64,000 nucleotides of DNA from Patescibacteria group bacterium (GCA_041649135.1 JBAZNQ010000001.1:163037-227036); one strand, 5' to 3'. Shown: positions 1 through 10,250, counted from the first letter of the stretch. Notes: generated by a model from the letters alone, not told the origin. Numbers and translations are program-made.

Positions 1-175
1 ACCCCGTTGGCTTACGCAAAAGCAAGGATAATAGGCTGTCACCGGCGCCCCCTATGGGGCGCCTCACTTTGTGCCGGCTTGTTTTGGCACAGGATTTAGC
101 CTATGCTGAACTGTCCATGCGATAGCGCAAGGATAATTTTAGCACCCCGACATCATTACGAGGAGGAAAAGTACG

Positions 176-949
176 ATGCCAGATGGAGACATCCAACAAC
201 GATTACAGGTGATTCTAGGTGCGCAAGCCAAGGCAACCACTGCTCAAGCCAAAAGCGTAAGGGCTACCTCCCAAGCCAAAGCCGCTCTAGAACAATTAAG
301 AGCGGAATTGGTCAATGGTACTGTCACTACTGGTGATCCGATCCGTGACTACGTCCTCTCAACTGCTTATTGTCGAGAAGGAGAGGATTTATTAACCCAG
401 CTGGAAGAGCAGTACCAATATTTCCTGTCGCTTCAGCGCACACTCACCGGAAAATGTGGTCAGCTCATCATGGTCGCTAGGTGGGAGGTCGGTTTACACA
501 CGGTTGCCTATCGTGAACCCGGTCCCAACGAACAAGACACTCACCAAGATTATGAGTTGCATGTTGGTATCCTCACGGGAGAGCAACTTGTTGGAGGGCA
601 AAGGCGCGAATTAAATTTCCCCACCCATGACGGCTACCAAAGTTGGTATTATTACGGCTATGGAGCAATGGGTCGTCATCCCGAGCCTGTTGAATGGGTA
701 CATCATGAACTACCGGCAGTTTATGGTATACCTCTGCAGTCGGAGTTTCCGGCAGACGAACGATTCCGTCCCTTACTTCGTGGATGCATGGAAATCAATT
801 TCTCTCTCCTAGTGGTCGGGAACAACGCAGTTCGCGAACGCATTAGTGAACTCCCAGAGTTCCAAGAAGCGTTTGCTGTTATGGAACAACGCCTTGGCAC
901 TCTTTTCCCGAACGATCCTCCACCTTTAATTAGTGCTAATCCGCAGTAG
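176..949 (+). CDS. hypothetical protein (GC-rich relative to neighbours)
   Basis: 257-aa ORF with GAGGAGG RBS about 8 nt upstream; no recognisable motif; intrinsic terminator follows at 961-997. Confidence 0.4.
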   Translation: MPDGDIQQRLQVILGAQAKATTAQAKSVRATSQAKAALEQLRAELVNGTVTTGDPIRDYVLSTAYCREGEDLLTQLEEQYQYFLSLQRTLTGKCGQLIMVARWEVGLHTVAYREPGPNEQDTHQDYELHVGILTGEQLVGGQRRELNFPTHDGYQSWYYYGYGAMGRHPEPVEWVHHELPAVYGIPLQSEFPADERFRPLLRGCMEINFSLLVVGNNAVRERISELPEFQEAFAVMEQRLGTLFPNDPPPLISANPQ

Positions 950-960
950 TACTGCCCCTT

Positions 961-997
961 AAAGCGCCTCGTGCTCTCACGTGGCGCTTTTTCTTTT
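961..997 (+). terminator. rho-independent terminator
   Basis: AAAGCGCCTCGTG-ctctc-CACGTGGCGCTTT hairpin followed by TTTCTTTT. Confidence 0.6.
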
Positions 998-1034
998 GGT
1001 ACAATTAAACAGCTAAGTAATAAAAGGAGGGATT

Positions 1035-1430
1035 ATGAAAGGTTTTGTAATTAATCTAGAACAAGAAACTATCGCCAATGGCGATTTTCGACGGGTGTTA
1101 TACACCGGGCACCATACCCAGTTGGTTTTGATGACGCTTCAGCCAAACGAAGAAATTGGTTCAGAAGTTCATCAAACCGTTGATCAATTTTTCCGGTTTG
1201 ATGAAGGCGAAGGGAAAGTTGTTATTGATGGATTTGAACATTCCGTTAGTAATGGATTTGGGGTTGTTATTCCCGCCGGTGCCGAACATAATGTTATCAA
1301 TACGTCGGATAAACCTCTGAAACTCTACACTCTTTACTCTCCTCCAGAACACATTGACGGTACCATTCGCCACACCAAAGCCGACGCCATTGCTCAACCA
1401 GAAGAATTTGACGGCAAGACCACGGAATAA
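1035..1430 (+). CDS. cupin domain protein
   Basis: AAGGAGG RBS 7 nt upstream; 131-aa beta-rich protein with cupin-like His/Glu motifs (EVHQTVDQFF ... VIPAGAEHNVIN). Confidence 0.55.
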   Translation: MKGFVINLEQETIANGDFRRVLYTGHHTQLVLMTLQPNEEIGSEVHQTVDQFFRFDEGEGKVVIDGFEHSVSNGFGVVIPAGAEHNVINTSDKPLKLYTLYSPPEHIDGTIRHTKADAIAQPEEFDGKTTE

Positions 1431-1464
1431 TACCGTTGTGGTAGCGTAGAATAAGTTGTTGTAC

Positions 1465-2586
1465 TTAGTCCCTTTGCAGAGAGGAAAGAATTTCCATCAC
1501 TACGTCGCGAGTAGTTTGGCGGGCTTGTTGCAATTCTGTGGATGTATAAAGTAATGACCGATCGAGTACCACGTCAAACAGCTCTATCGAGCCTGAATTA
1601 TGCGGCGTAAACCCAATTCGTAAATGATTTTCTGGAGTAATCGCCCAAGAGTAACCAAAATTGACATCACCTTGCAAAACCTCTGGTAAGGTATCGTATA
1701 CCTTACCCCATTCCAGTTCTTCAAACATGTCTTCCGCCAATCCAACCACCAGAGCAATCTGATGTGTCATTTCAGTACAATCTTCGTCAAGATTGATGTC
1801 AATAAATCTGCCAGTATTCTCAAACACCGACAGGTTAGTGTATTGTTTTAAATAATTTTGCAAAATCTGTTGTAGACGATCGGTGACATACGTTGTTCGC
1901 AGGGAAAGCAGTTTTGCGTTTATTTTATCTTCTGGGGAAGTATCAGGATTGTACAGCTCAATAAAAGATTGCTCCTCTGGAACCATCCGACGATTAACGA
2001 TATGACTATGCAAGATTGGCACGCTTTGGGCACCAACAATTAATTGTGGTTTTTCGCTGTTGGTTTCTTCCAAACGTGGTCTCGCACTTCGATTTACACC
2101 AATAATAAATTGTTGGTCAGGGAACTCTTCTGCCAGCTTATTTCTAATTGCCAAATTTAAACTAATAAACTCGGTCTGTTCTTGCGGGTCGAGTCCGGTA
2201 AGGTTATCAAATGCTCGTCCTATCTCACCCAGACCGGCTGGTTCTCGAAAAATAGTAATATGCTGTCCGCTATAGGGAGATGTTGGTTCGGCAACTATAA
2301 ACTTATTTACTATTCCAAGTAATGCACCTTCATCAGTAAATTGGTTTATCATATAGTCTGGGTCTTCAGCCAACCGACACAGATGGTCATATCTTTGTAT
2401 TGGAGTCATTTCGGCCATTGTTCCACCCGGCAACCAACGAACCTCGGCATGAACAGGGTAGGCAATTGCCTGTCTTGGTTTGTTTTCTCGAGCGTATGAT
2501 TCCTCTAGCCCACACAGAGCCTGTGTTACCAGCTGTTCTCTGGTCGAAATTTTTCCATATTCATATTGTTGAAACCTCTCATTCAT
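1465..2586 (-). CDS. hypothetical protein; weak HIT/GalT-like His-x-His motif
   Basis: 373-aa ORF; the only motif noticed is VPILHSHIV; family not resolved. Confidence 0.35.
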   Translation of the reverse strand: MNERFQQYEYGKISTREQLVTQALCGLEESYARENKPRQAIAYPVHAEVRWLPGGTMAEMTPIQRYDHLCRLAEDPDYMINQFTDEGALLGIVNKFIVAEPTSPYSGQHITIFREPAGLGEIGRAFDNLTGLDPQEQTEFISLNLAIRNKLAEEFPDQQFIIGVNRSARPRLEETNSEKPQLIVGAQSVPILHSHIVNRRMVPEEQSFIELYNPDTSPEDKINAKLLSLRTTYVTDRLQQILQNYLKQYTNLSVFENTGRFIDINLDEDCTEMTHQIALVVGLAEDMFEELEWGKVYDTLPEVLQGDVNFGYSWAITPENHLRIGFTPHNSGSIELFDVVLDRSLLYTSTELQQARQTTRDVVMEILSSLQRD

Positions 2587-2649
2587 ATCAGGAGAATACT
2601 ACAATTATCCGCTCCTGTAAAGCAAAAATCTATTTTCCCCACCCACTCA

Positions 2650-2745
2650 CTTATTACTCTTTACCGAAGTATATTGATGGCACAACCTGTGCGACTAAGA
2701 CAGAAACTATAGTGGGGCCAGAAGAATTTGGCGGCGAAACTACTG
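2650..2745 (+). pseudogene. relic 3' fragment of a second cupin gene copy
   Basis: nt 2652-2743 parallel the cupin C-terminus at 1331-1426 (PKYIDGT..KTETIVGPEEFGGETTD vs PEHIDGT..KADAIAQPEEFDGKTTE), including a 23/29-nt match around CCAGAAGAATTTG; no upstream remainder. Confidence 0.4.
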
Positions 2746-2833
2746 ATCGGCGGTTTGTTTTGTCCGTTCTTCAGCTTTTTCTAAGGTGGTAATGAAATAA
2801 CAGGTTTATCGCGGGCATGGGGGGTGCCCCCTA

Positions 2834-4687
2834 GTGCCTATGAGAAACCTATTAGACAAATTGCTGTTGCGTGAAACCTATGGCCAAATTAAGGTTTGGG
2901 TTTTGGCGCACAAACTGATCAGCACTACTCTTGGAATGGTCATTTTAGGATTATTGGTTTGGGGAGGTTGGGCTATTAAAGCACAAGCTGGTCCTACCAG
3001 CTACATTTTAGCTACTGTCCAAAAAGGCACTATCATGTCCACCGTAACTGGGACCGGACAGGTGTCTGCTTCACACCAAATTGATTTAACCCCTCAAGCT
3101 TCAGGCAAAGTTACTGCGGTCAAAGTTAAATCCGGACAATCAGTCAAAGCTGGCACTCTATTGGTTCAATTAGATTCCAGCGATGCATACAAGACCGTTC
3201 GGGATGCTCGAGCCAGTTTGGCCAGTGCCCAACTTTCTCTCAAAAAAACCCAGAATTCAATTACTCAATCAGTAGTTCAGGCTGAAGATTCACTAACACA
3301 GGCCCAGCAAAACCAAATCCAATCTCGGGCCAGTCTGGCTAAATCATATGACGACAGTCTGGCTACTATTGATACAGCCGTTCTTAACTTGTCAACTATA
3401 GTCGATACTTTAGAAGATGTTATTTTTGGACAAGACTATAGCCCCACACAAAGTAATGCTGATTATTACTTTGACATTCTCCAGCGCTGCAAGGGTTATG
3501 ACGGTTTAGCAGACTCATACCGCAACAGCACCACCAGCGCCTACTACACCGCCAAAACGGCCTATGATGACATTAGCTCTAGATACAACTCCGTTATTAA
3601 TACATCAGATGATGACGTTATCAGCCAATTGGTATCAGACACCTACACTTCAGTTAAGACAATTCTGGAAACCCTCAAGACTACCAATAATTATCTTAAC
3701 TATGTGAATAGCCAGGCTACTAATTATAACCAGATCATTCCGGCATCCCTTGGCTCTCATCGAAACACGATTGCCTCTGCTACTACCCAAGCTAACTCGT
3801 ATCTCAATAGTCTATATAGCAGCAAGACCAGCATCCAGAACAATCTTAACGCGGTCAATAATGCCGCAACCTCTGTTAGCATGAAAACTAATTCCCTTGA
3901 GCAAGCCAAGACTATCAATGCGGATTTAGATTTGGCCACGGCCCAGTTAAATGTTACACAACGCAGTAATGCCTTAAATGATGCCCTCCAAGCATTAGCG
4001 GATTACTCCGTCAAAGCCCCATTCGACGGCGTAATTGCTAAAGTTAATGTCCAAGTAGCAGATTCAGCGTCTGGTGGAACTGTGGTTGCAACCATTATCA
4101 CCAAACAAAGTTTGGTTGAAATACCGCTCAATGAAGTTGATGTAGCCAAAGTATCACTTGGCGACAAAGCCACGATTGCTTTTGACGCGATCGAGGATTT
4201 GAGTATCAGCGGTTCAGTAGCCTCCATTGACTACATCGGAACAGTTGAACAGGGTGTAGTCAACTATACTGTCACTTTGTCTTTTGATACCCAGGATGAT
4301 CAAATTAAGCCTGGTATGAGTGCCAGCGCAACTATCATTACCGATTTAAAACAAGATGTGTTAATTATTCCTAGCAGTGCCGTGAAATCGCAGGGTGAAA
4401 TGTACTACGTGGACAAGTTTAACCAGATCTATTCAGATACCGAGGCCGCTGCCGGGATCACTTCCGATGCTGCTCCTACTCAACAAACTGTTGAAGTGGG
4501 GATCACTGATGACACTAACACTGAAATCATTTCCGGACTTTCTGAAGGTGATCAAATTATTATTAAAACAGTTAAAGCAACCTCCAGTAGCAAAAAGGCT
4601 ACCACCACTTCCAATAGTCTATTAGGGGGTAGTGGAGGCTCTCGTCCTCAAAGCAGCGGTGGCACGATGATGGGTCCAATGCCTTAA
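2834..4687 (+). CDS. efflux transporter periplasmic adaptor subunit (HlyD/MacA-like membrane fusion protein), unusually long
   Basis: N-terminal TM helix; biotinyl-lipoyl-like hairpin (GKVTAVKVKSGQSVKAGTLLVQLD); long Ala/Gln-rich coiled-coil region; C-terminal beta-barrel; Gly/Ser-rich tail; directly upstream of ABC ATPase and permease. Confidence 0.7.
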   Translation: MPMRNLLDKLLLRETYGQIKVWVLAHKLISTTLGMVILGLLVWGGWAIKAQAGPTSYILATVQKGTIMSTVTGTGQVSASHQIDLTPQASGKVTAVKVKSGQSVKAGTLLVQLDSSDAYKTVRDARASLASAQLSLKKTQNSITQSVVQAEDSLTQAQQNQIQSRASLAKSYDDSLATIDTAVLNLSTIVDTLEDVIFGQDYSPTQSNADYYFDILQRCKGYDGLADSYRNSTTSAYYTAKTAYDDISSRYNSVINTSDDDVISQLVSDTYTSVKTILETLKTTNNYLNYVNSQATNYNQIIPASLGSHRNTIASATTQANSYLNSLYSSKTSIQNNLNAVNNAATSVSMKTNSLEQAKTINADLDLATAQLNVTQRSNALNDALQALADYSVKAPFDGVIAKVNVQVADSASGGTVVATIITKQSLVEIPLNEVDVAKVSLGDKATIAFDAIEDLSISGSVASIDYIGTVEQGVVNYTVTLSFDTQDDQIKPGMSASATIITDLKQDVLIIPSSAVKSQGEMYYVDKFNQIYSDTEAAAGITSDAAPTQQTVEVGITDDTNTEIISGLSEGDQIIIKTVKATSSSKKATTTSNSLLGGSGGSRPQSSGGTMMGPMP

Positions 4688-4695
4688 ATAAGTCC

Positions 4696-5406
4696 ATGAT
4701 TGAAGTTAAAACCGTCAGTAAAATTTATCAAACTGGGACTGAAGATTTTGTAGCGCTTGATCAAGCGTCTTTTACCGTTGAAGACGGCGAATTTGTCGCC
4801 ATCATGGGACCGTCTGGTTCGGGCAAATCAACTCTAATGCATATTTTGGGCGCGCTCGACACTCCCACTTCAGGCACTTATATTTTAGATGGCCACGATG
4901 TCTCAACTTTAACCGATGATCAATTAGCTGACATTCGTCGTGATCGAATCGGCTTTGTGTTCCAATCGTTTAACTTATTGCCTAGAGCCTCTGTTCTAAG
5001 AAATGTCACTTTACCATTGGTTTACGCCAATATCTTGCCAGAAGAACGCAAACGGCGAGCTGTAGCAGTTTTACTAGCCGCTGGTTTAGATGAGACTCAT
5101 TTTAATCGGAGATCTAATCAGCTCTCTGGTGGTCAAATTCAACGGGTTGCCATTGCCCGAGCATTGGTTAACAACCCCAGCCTAATCTTAGCGGATGAAC
5201 CAACTGGTAACCTTGATTCCAAGACCAGTGAAATTGTTTTAAGTACTTTTCAAAAGTTAAACCAAGAACAACATCGGACAATTATTTTAATTACTCACGA
5301 ACAAGATGTCGCGGAACACGCTCAAAGAATCATTCTTATCAAAGATGGCAAAATCGTATCAGATAAAAAGACGCATACTCGCCGAATCGCCAAGGCAAAC
5401 TTATGA
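4696..5406 (+). CDS. ABC transporter ATP-binding protein (MacB/LolD-type)
   Basis: Walker A GPSGSGKST, ABC signature LSGGQIQRVAIARAL, Walker B ILADEPTGNLD. Confidence 0.85.
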   Translation: MIEVKTVSKIYQTGTEDFVALDQASFTVEDGEFVAIMGPSGSGKSTLMHILGALDTPTSGTYILDGHDVSTLTDDQLADIRRDRIGFVFQSFNLLPRASVLRNVTLPLVYANILPEERKRRAVAVLLAAGLDETHFNRRSNQLSGGQIQRVAIARALVNNPSLILADEPTGNLDSKTSEIVLSTFQKLNQEQHRTIILITHEQDVAEHAQRIILIKDGKIVSDKKTHTRRIAKANL

Positions 5407-6632
5407 TTACTTCAGATATTTTTGAAGAGACCTATATCGCTATCTCGTCGAACAAAGCTCGGTCTAGTTTGACTATGCTGGGAGTTGTAATTGGAATTAG
5501 TTCAGTTATTGCAATGGTAGCTATTGGGCAAGGCTCCCAAAGTTCAATCGAATCAAGTATTGAATCCATTGGGTCTAATCTAGTTCAGATTATGCCGGGG
5601 GTTCAACAAAGTACTGGTTCACGGATTAGCGCTGGTCAGGGTTCAGCGCGAACACTAACCCAAGCCGATGCTGATGCAATAGCGACAGAAATTTATCTTG
5701 CTTCGTCGGTCGCTCCAGAACTTTCTGGTCGCTATCAAGTTTCCGCCAAGGGTGGCAATAACACTAATACTTCCGTGGTTGGTATCACCGAAACCTACCC
5801 CGCTGTTCGTAACGTTGTGTTGGCAGAAGGCACACCGATCGCGTCGCAGCACTTAGCCAGCTTGTCTAAAGTAGCTGTACTCGGCTTTGCGGTCAGCGAA
5901 GATTTATTTGGCGAAGATGTCAGCCCGATCGGTAAAACGATAAAGATAAAAAACACGTCTTTCAAGGTAATTGGTATCAACGAGGAAAAGGGTAGTAGCG
6001 GTATGGGAGGAAGTCAGGACGATATGATTTTTATTCCCTTAACTACCGCCCAAAAATTTCTCGCCGGTTCAGAATATGTAACAACTGTTAGCGTTCAAGC
6101 AGTCGATGCTGATTCTATTGCTGACATGCAGCAAGCTATTACCGATCTTTTGTTGGTTCGTCATAATATTGCCGACGAAGATTCTGCCGACTTTCGGATT
6201 ATGAATTTAGCTGACGTAGTTGAAACTGCGTCCAGCGTAACCGAAACATTTACTCTTTTGTTGGGAGCAGTCGCCGGAATTTCTTTATTAGTGGGCGGTA
6301 TTGGCATTATGAACATGATGCTAACTACTGTTACTGAAAGAACCCGCGAGATCGGGCTACGTAAAGCGATCGGTGCCAAAAAATGGGATATCAGCTTACA
6401 GTTTTTGGCAGAATCAGTTGCCTTAACTTTTATTGGCGGCTTAGTTGGGATCGTCTTAGGTTGGTTAATTGCCTTTTTGATTTCAGAATTAGGCGGTGTG
6501 CAAACAACAGTTTCTTGGGGATCAATTCTGCTAGCTTTTAGCGTATCAGCCGGTATCGGAATTGCTTTCGGCTATTATCCGGCTCGCCGCGCAGCTAGTT
6601 TAAATCCAATTACAGCATTAAGGTATGAATAA
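5403..6632 (+). CDS. ABC transporter permease, FtsX/MacB-like
   Basis: 4-nt ATGA overlap with the ATPase gene; N-terminal TM helix, large periplasmic domain, three C-terminal TM helices with the conserved RTREIGLRKAIGA motif. Confidence 0.8.
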   Translation: MITSDIFEETYIAISSNKARSSLTMLGVVIGISSVIAMVAIGQGSQSSIESSIESIGSNLVQIMPGVQQSTGSRISAGQGSARTLTQADADAIATEIYLASSVAPELSGRYQVSAKGGNNTNTSVVGITETYPAVRNVVLAEGTPIASQHLASLSKVAVLGFAVSEDLFGEDVSPIGKTIKIKNTSFKVIGINEEKGSSGMGGSQDDMIFIPLTTAQKFLAGSEYVTTVSVQAVDADSIADMQQAITDLLLVRHNIADEDSADFRIMNLADVVETASSVTETFTLLLGAVAGISLLVGGIGIMNMMLTTVTERTREIGLRKAIGAKKWDISLQFLAESVALTFIGGLVGIVLGWLIAFLISELGGVQTTVSWGSILLAFSVSAGIGIAFGYYPARRAASLNPITALRYE

Positions 6633-6659
6633 TATTTATAAAATTGATGGAGGAAAAGT

Positions 6660-7088
6660 ATGAAGAAATCTAAATCGGGTTTAGTAGTGCTCGGGCTGGC
6701 AGTTATAGTACTTGGTGGAACTTTCTATGGCGGGATGAAATACGGTCAGACCAGCCAACCATCGCGTATGGGCAATCGTCCCAGCGGGCTGACCAATTTA
6801 ACCACCGCTAACAATAATTTTGTTGGTGGAGAAATTTTATCGAAAGACGACAGTAGTATCACCATCAAATTACAGGATGGTGGATCTAAAATAGTTTTTG
6901 TATCTGACTCTACGCAGGTTATGAAATCAGCCACCGGTTCGCTTGCCGATCTTAGCGTTGGGCAGCAAGTTAGTGCTAACGGTACTTCCAATACCGATGG
7001 CAGTATCAGCGCCACCACTGTTAGTGTCCGACCAGCCGGTGAGCCGTCTCTACCAGCTCCTGTGACATCGGACGATACCAAAAAATAA
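6660..7088 (+). CDS. secreted/membrane-anchored hypothetical protein
   Basis: GGAGG RBS; signal/anchor helix; Ser/Thr/Gly-rich. Confidence 0.45.
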   Translation: MKKSKSGLVVLGLAVIVLGGTFYGGMKYGQTSQPSRMGNRPSGLTNLTTANNNFVGGEILSKDDSSITIKLQDGGSKIVFVSDSTQVMKSATGSLADLSVGQQVSANGTSNTDGSISATTVSVRPAGEPSLPAPVTSDDTKK

Positions 7089-7171
7089 TTTTTTGTTTAA
7101 GCGTTCTTTCAGTTAACCGCGTAAAACTAATAATGATATCCGATTAATTTTTAGAAAGGAGGTATGAATGT

Positions 7172-7681
7172 ATGAAAAATAAATTCATTCTACCAGCGCT
7201 AGTAGTTATGGCGACCGGAGTAGCATTACTGGGTGGAAGTTTTGTCCACGCCCAAACCACCACTGATTCCGGACAGCATGTGTCGATCATTCAACGATTG
7301 GTGGAAAAGTTTGGCCTAAAGGAAGCTGACGTTCAAGCGGTATTTGACGAAGATAAAGCCGCTCGTCAGACAGAAATGAAGGCAAAAACGGAAGAGCAGC
7401 TAACCCAGCTAGTAACAGACGGCAAAATTACTGAAGCCCAGAAGCAACTGATTGTTGCTAAACGGGCAGAGTTAGAAGCTAGCCGTTCAACCGAACCAGT
7501 CAAAGACTCATCTTTAACTGCCGAACAGCGCAAGACTCAAATGGAAGCCAGCAGAACTGAATTGGAAGCTTGGGCAAAAACCAACGGCATCGACGTCAAG
7601 TACGTTCTTGGCGGTTTTGGTGGCAAAGGTTTTGGCGGTCATGGAATGAGGGGTGAAATGCCACCGACCCCGGCAAACTAA
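7172..7681 (+). CDS. secreted hypothetical protein
   Basis: AGGAGG RBS; signal peptide; Gly-rich C-terminus GGFGGKGFGGHG. Confidence 0.45.
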   Translation: MKNKFILPALVVMATGVALLGGSFVHAQTTTDSGQHVSIIQRLVEKFGLKEADVQAVFDEDKAARQTEMKAKTEEQLTQLVTDGKITEAQKQLIVAKRAELEASRSTEPVKDSSLTAEQRKTQMEASRTELEAWAKTNGIDVKYVLGGFGGKGFGGHGMRGEMPPTPAN

Positions 7682-7707
7682 CCTATCGTCTCCCATTGTG
7701 ACCTCCC

Positions 7708-7742
7708 GCAAACTGTCCTACTACTCCGGTAGGACAGTTTGC
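7708..7742 (+). terminator. strong hairpin (14-bp perfect stem), possible terminator without U-tract
   Basis: GCAAACTGTCCTAC-tactccg-GTAGGACAGTTTGC, 27 nt after the stop of the 7172-7681 ORF. Confidence 0.4.
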
Positions 7743-7846
7743 TGTAATAGTGGTAATCTTACAGGCAGAGGAGTATTCAGCTAATTTTCAGCTAACTGTT
7801 AGAAACTAGCCTTATCAACCAACTGCCCGATCTGTTAATTCGATGA

Positions 7847-7894
7847 GTCTATAAGTCTATCTGTCTATTAGTCCATAAGTCTATTAGTCTACCC
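7847..7894 (+). repeat. octamer tandem repeat (GTCTATNN)x6 directly against the start codon
   Basis: gtctataa gtctatct gtctatta gtccataa gtctatta gtctaccc, then ATG at 7895. Confidence 0.8.
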
Positions 7895-8578
7895 ATGAGA
7901 ATACTAATCGTTGAAGACGAGCACAAAATTGCCAACTCTATCAAGAAAGGGTTGGAACAGGAATCCTATGCCGCTGATGTGGCCTACGATGGCGACGAAG
8001 GGCTGGCGGGAGCCTTAGCCGAGGATTACGACGTGATCATTCTTGATCGAATGTTACCCGGCTCCGTTGATGGCATGGCGATTTGTCGTGAATTGCGTCA
8101 GGCAAAAAAGCATACTCCGATCTTGATGCTCACCGCCAAAGATCAAATTCGTGACCGAGTTGAAGGATTAAACGCTGGTGCTGATGACTATCTCGTCAAA
8201 CCTTTCTCGTTCGAAGAACTGTTAGCTCGCATCCGTACCCTTCTGCGTCGCCCCAAAGAGACCATCGGCACAATTTTGCAAGTTGATGATCTAACTTTAA
8301 ATCCGGCTACCTACGAAGTTAAACGAGCCAACCAGTCGATTAAATTATCCCAAAAAGAATTCGCTCTACTGGAATATCTGATGAGAAACGCAAACCAAGT
8401 TTTATCTAAAGATAATATCATCAGCCATGTCTGGGATTTTGAGGCCGATATTCTGCCAAATACGGTGGAGGTGTACATCGGCTATTTGAGAAATAAAATT
8501 GATCGTCCTTTTAAATCTGCCAAACTAATTCATACTTTAAGAGGTTTCGGCTATAAGTTAGTCTCCAAATCCCCATGA
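7895..8578 (+). CDS. two-component response regulator, OmpR family
   Basis: REC domain (ILIVEDE, phospho-acceptor-like [16 protein letters not shown]) plus C-terminal winged-helix ([10 protein letters not shown]). Confidence 0.85.
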   Translation: MRILIVEDEHKIANSIKKGLEQESYAADVAYDGDEGLAGALAEDYDVIILDRMLPGSVDGMAICRELRQAKKHTPILMLTAKDQIRDRVEGLNAGADDYLVKPFSFEELLARIRTLLRRPKETIGTILQVDDLTLNPATYEVKRANQSIKLSQKEFALLEYLMRNANQVLSKDNIISHVWDFEADILPNTVEVYIGYLRNKIDRPFKSAKLIHTLRGFGYKLVSKSP

Positions 8579-9579
8579 TCGATTCGGCTGTTCTCAAATT
8601 AACTGGTTGGTATCTCGCCATTATCATGGCGTTGAGTATCGGGTTCAGCGTATTCTTATATCAGACATATGGCGCAGAATTTGCGCGGGGGATTCGTCGC
8701 CAAGATGCGTTTTTTAATGAGATTATCCCGCGAGGCTTGCCGGGGTTTGAGAAATTTCGTCAAGCCCAAATCACCGAAGGGGAAAGCCGACTAAAGAGCA
8801 ATTTAGCCCTGTTTAATTTAATTATTTTTATCGCCGGTGGTGCTACTAGTTATCTTTTTGCGCGGCGTACGCTTAAACCTATTAGTGAAGCTTTTGAAGC
8901 CCAAAGTCGCTTTACTGCCGACGCTTCGCATGAATTGCGAACTCCTTTAACTGCTATGCAAACAGAAATTGAGGTCGCACTCCGTGATGATAACCTCACC
9001 AAAGTCGACACTGAAGCGCTCTTGCGCAGCAATCTGGAAGAAGTTGCCAGATTGAAAACTCTTTCCGATGGATTATTGAAGTTAGCCCGCGATGGCGGCT
9101 CTCAAGACTCTTGGAAAAAACTTCAGCTCAAACATTTAATTGCCATCGCACTCAAATCTATTGTTCCGTTGGCCGATCAAAAATCGATCGAAATCGTTGA
9201 TCAAACCACGAACGTTCAACTTCAAGGTGATCAAACAAGTCTAGTTGAGCTACTAGTGATTTTGCTGGATAACGCTGTGAAGTATAGTGGACCGAACACA
9301 AAAATTGATCTCACCACCCAACGATCTAGCGCCAACGTCTCTTTAGCGATTACTGACCAAGGACAGGGGATTAAGACTTCTGATCTGCCGCACATCTTTG
9401 ACCGATTTTATCGGGCAGATACTTCTCGCTCCAAAGCCAAGACTAATGGCTATGGTCTCGGCTTATCTATTGCCAAAAAAATTGTTGATGCCCACGGTGG
9501 CAAAATTGAGGTCAAAAGTGAAATCGGCAAAGGTTCAACTTTTGTTGTAAAATTGCCGTTAGCTCAAGCTTCTAAATGA
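8575..9579 (+). CDS. sensor histidine kinase
   Basis: 4-nt overlap with the RR gene; two N-terminal TM helices; HisKA H-box [10 protein letters not shown]; HATPase_c N/G boxes ([26 protein letters not shown]). Confidence 0.85.
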   Translation: MIDSAVLKLTGWYLAIIMALSIGFSVFLYQTYGAEFARGIRRQDAFFNEIIPRGLPGFEKFRQAQITEGESRLKSNLALFNLIIFIAGGATSYLFARRTLKPISEAFEAQSRFTADASHELRTPLTAMQTEIEVALRDDNLTKVDTEALLRSNLEEVARLKTLSDGLLKLARDGGSQDSWKKLQLKHLIAIALKSIVPLADQKSIEIVDQTTNVQLQGDQTSLVELLVILLDNAVKYSGPNTKIDLTTQRSSANVSLAITDQGQGIKTSDLPHIFDRFYRADTSRSKAKTNGYGLGLSIAKKIVDAHGGKIEVKSEIGKGSTFVVKLPLAQASK

Positions 9580-9671
9580 CGCCAATCATTTCCGTCAAAA
9601 ACTTGACACAAAATTCAGGTCTAGTTACAGCGGTTCCTCTTTGCCGTATTTTTTAATACAATAAAGCCGTT

Positions 9672-10133
9672 ATGGCTAAGTCTCATTCTTTGTCTGGCAA
9701 TTCACTCAAACTAACTCCTCGTCGAGTTCGCGATGTTAATAAAGAACACCGCGATAGTTTTTCTACGCTCGACCATGCTGCCCTCTGGGTTACTGACCAC
9801 GTTGGCACTATGGGTTTCTTTTTGGTCGTTTTCGTTTGGACCTTCGGTTGGCTAGGCTGGAATACGTTGGCCCCCATTGAATTGCGATTTGATCCATTTC
9901 CTGCTTTCGTCTTATGGCTGTTTATTTCCAATATGATCCAGATCATGTTAATGCCGTTAATTATGATCGGGCAAAACCTTCAAGGTCGACATGCTGAATT
10001 ACGCGCTGAAGCGGATTTTCAGGTCAACAAACGCTCCGAAAGAGAGATTATTAGCATCATTGACCATCTTGAACGTCAACATGAGACCATGTTGAAAGTC
10101 CTCAAACATCTAGAATCTAACAAGAAAAAGTAA
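9672..10133 (+). CDS. DUF1003-like membrane protein
   Basis: two TM helices and conserved pattern (WVTDHVGTMGFF ... PFPAFVLWLFISNMIQIMLMPLIMIGQN). Confidence 0.55.
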   Translation: MAKSHSLSGNSLKLTPRRVRDVNKEHRDSFSTLDHAALWVTDHVGTMGFFLVVFVWTFGWLGWNTLAPIELRFDPFPAFVLWLFISNMIQIMLMPLIMIGQNLQGRHAELRAEADFQVNKRSEREIISIIDHLERQHETMLKVLKHLESNKKK

Positions 10134-10183
10134 ACCCAATCGTTCTTTAGGGGAGTTATTACCAAGCTTTTTAGCCCATCTCT

Positions 10184-10250
10184 GGGTTGCTTCCCCGCAA
10201 CCCGAACCTCCTGCTAGTGCCCGCGACAGCCCACCTCGTCGCGGGCTTTC
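10184..10250 (+). terminator. tandem GC-rich hairpins after the DUF1003 gene
   Basis: GGGTTGC-ttcccc-GCAACCC and GCCCGCGAC-agcccacct-GTCGCGGGC followed by TTTCCC. Confidence 0.4.

Noticed and set aside
627-812. Numerous short ORFs in the six-frame track that lie inside or antisense to longer conserved genes (e.g. 627-812, 1161-1397, 3757-3939, 11000-11281, 33042-33531, 40110-41072, 45697-46061, 47979-48179, 57570-58016)
   Set aside because: Fully nested in or antisense to strongly supported CDSs (murA, mfd, gatB, ligA, uvrA and others), with no RBS and low-complexity translations. Treated as spurious.
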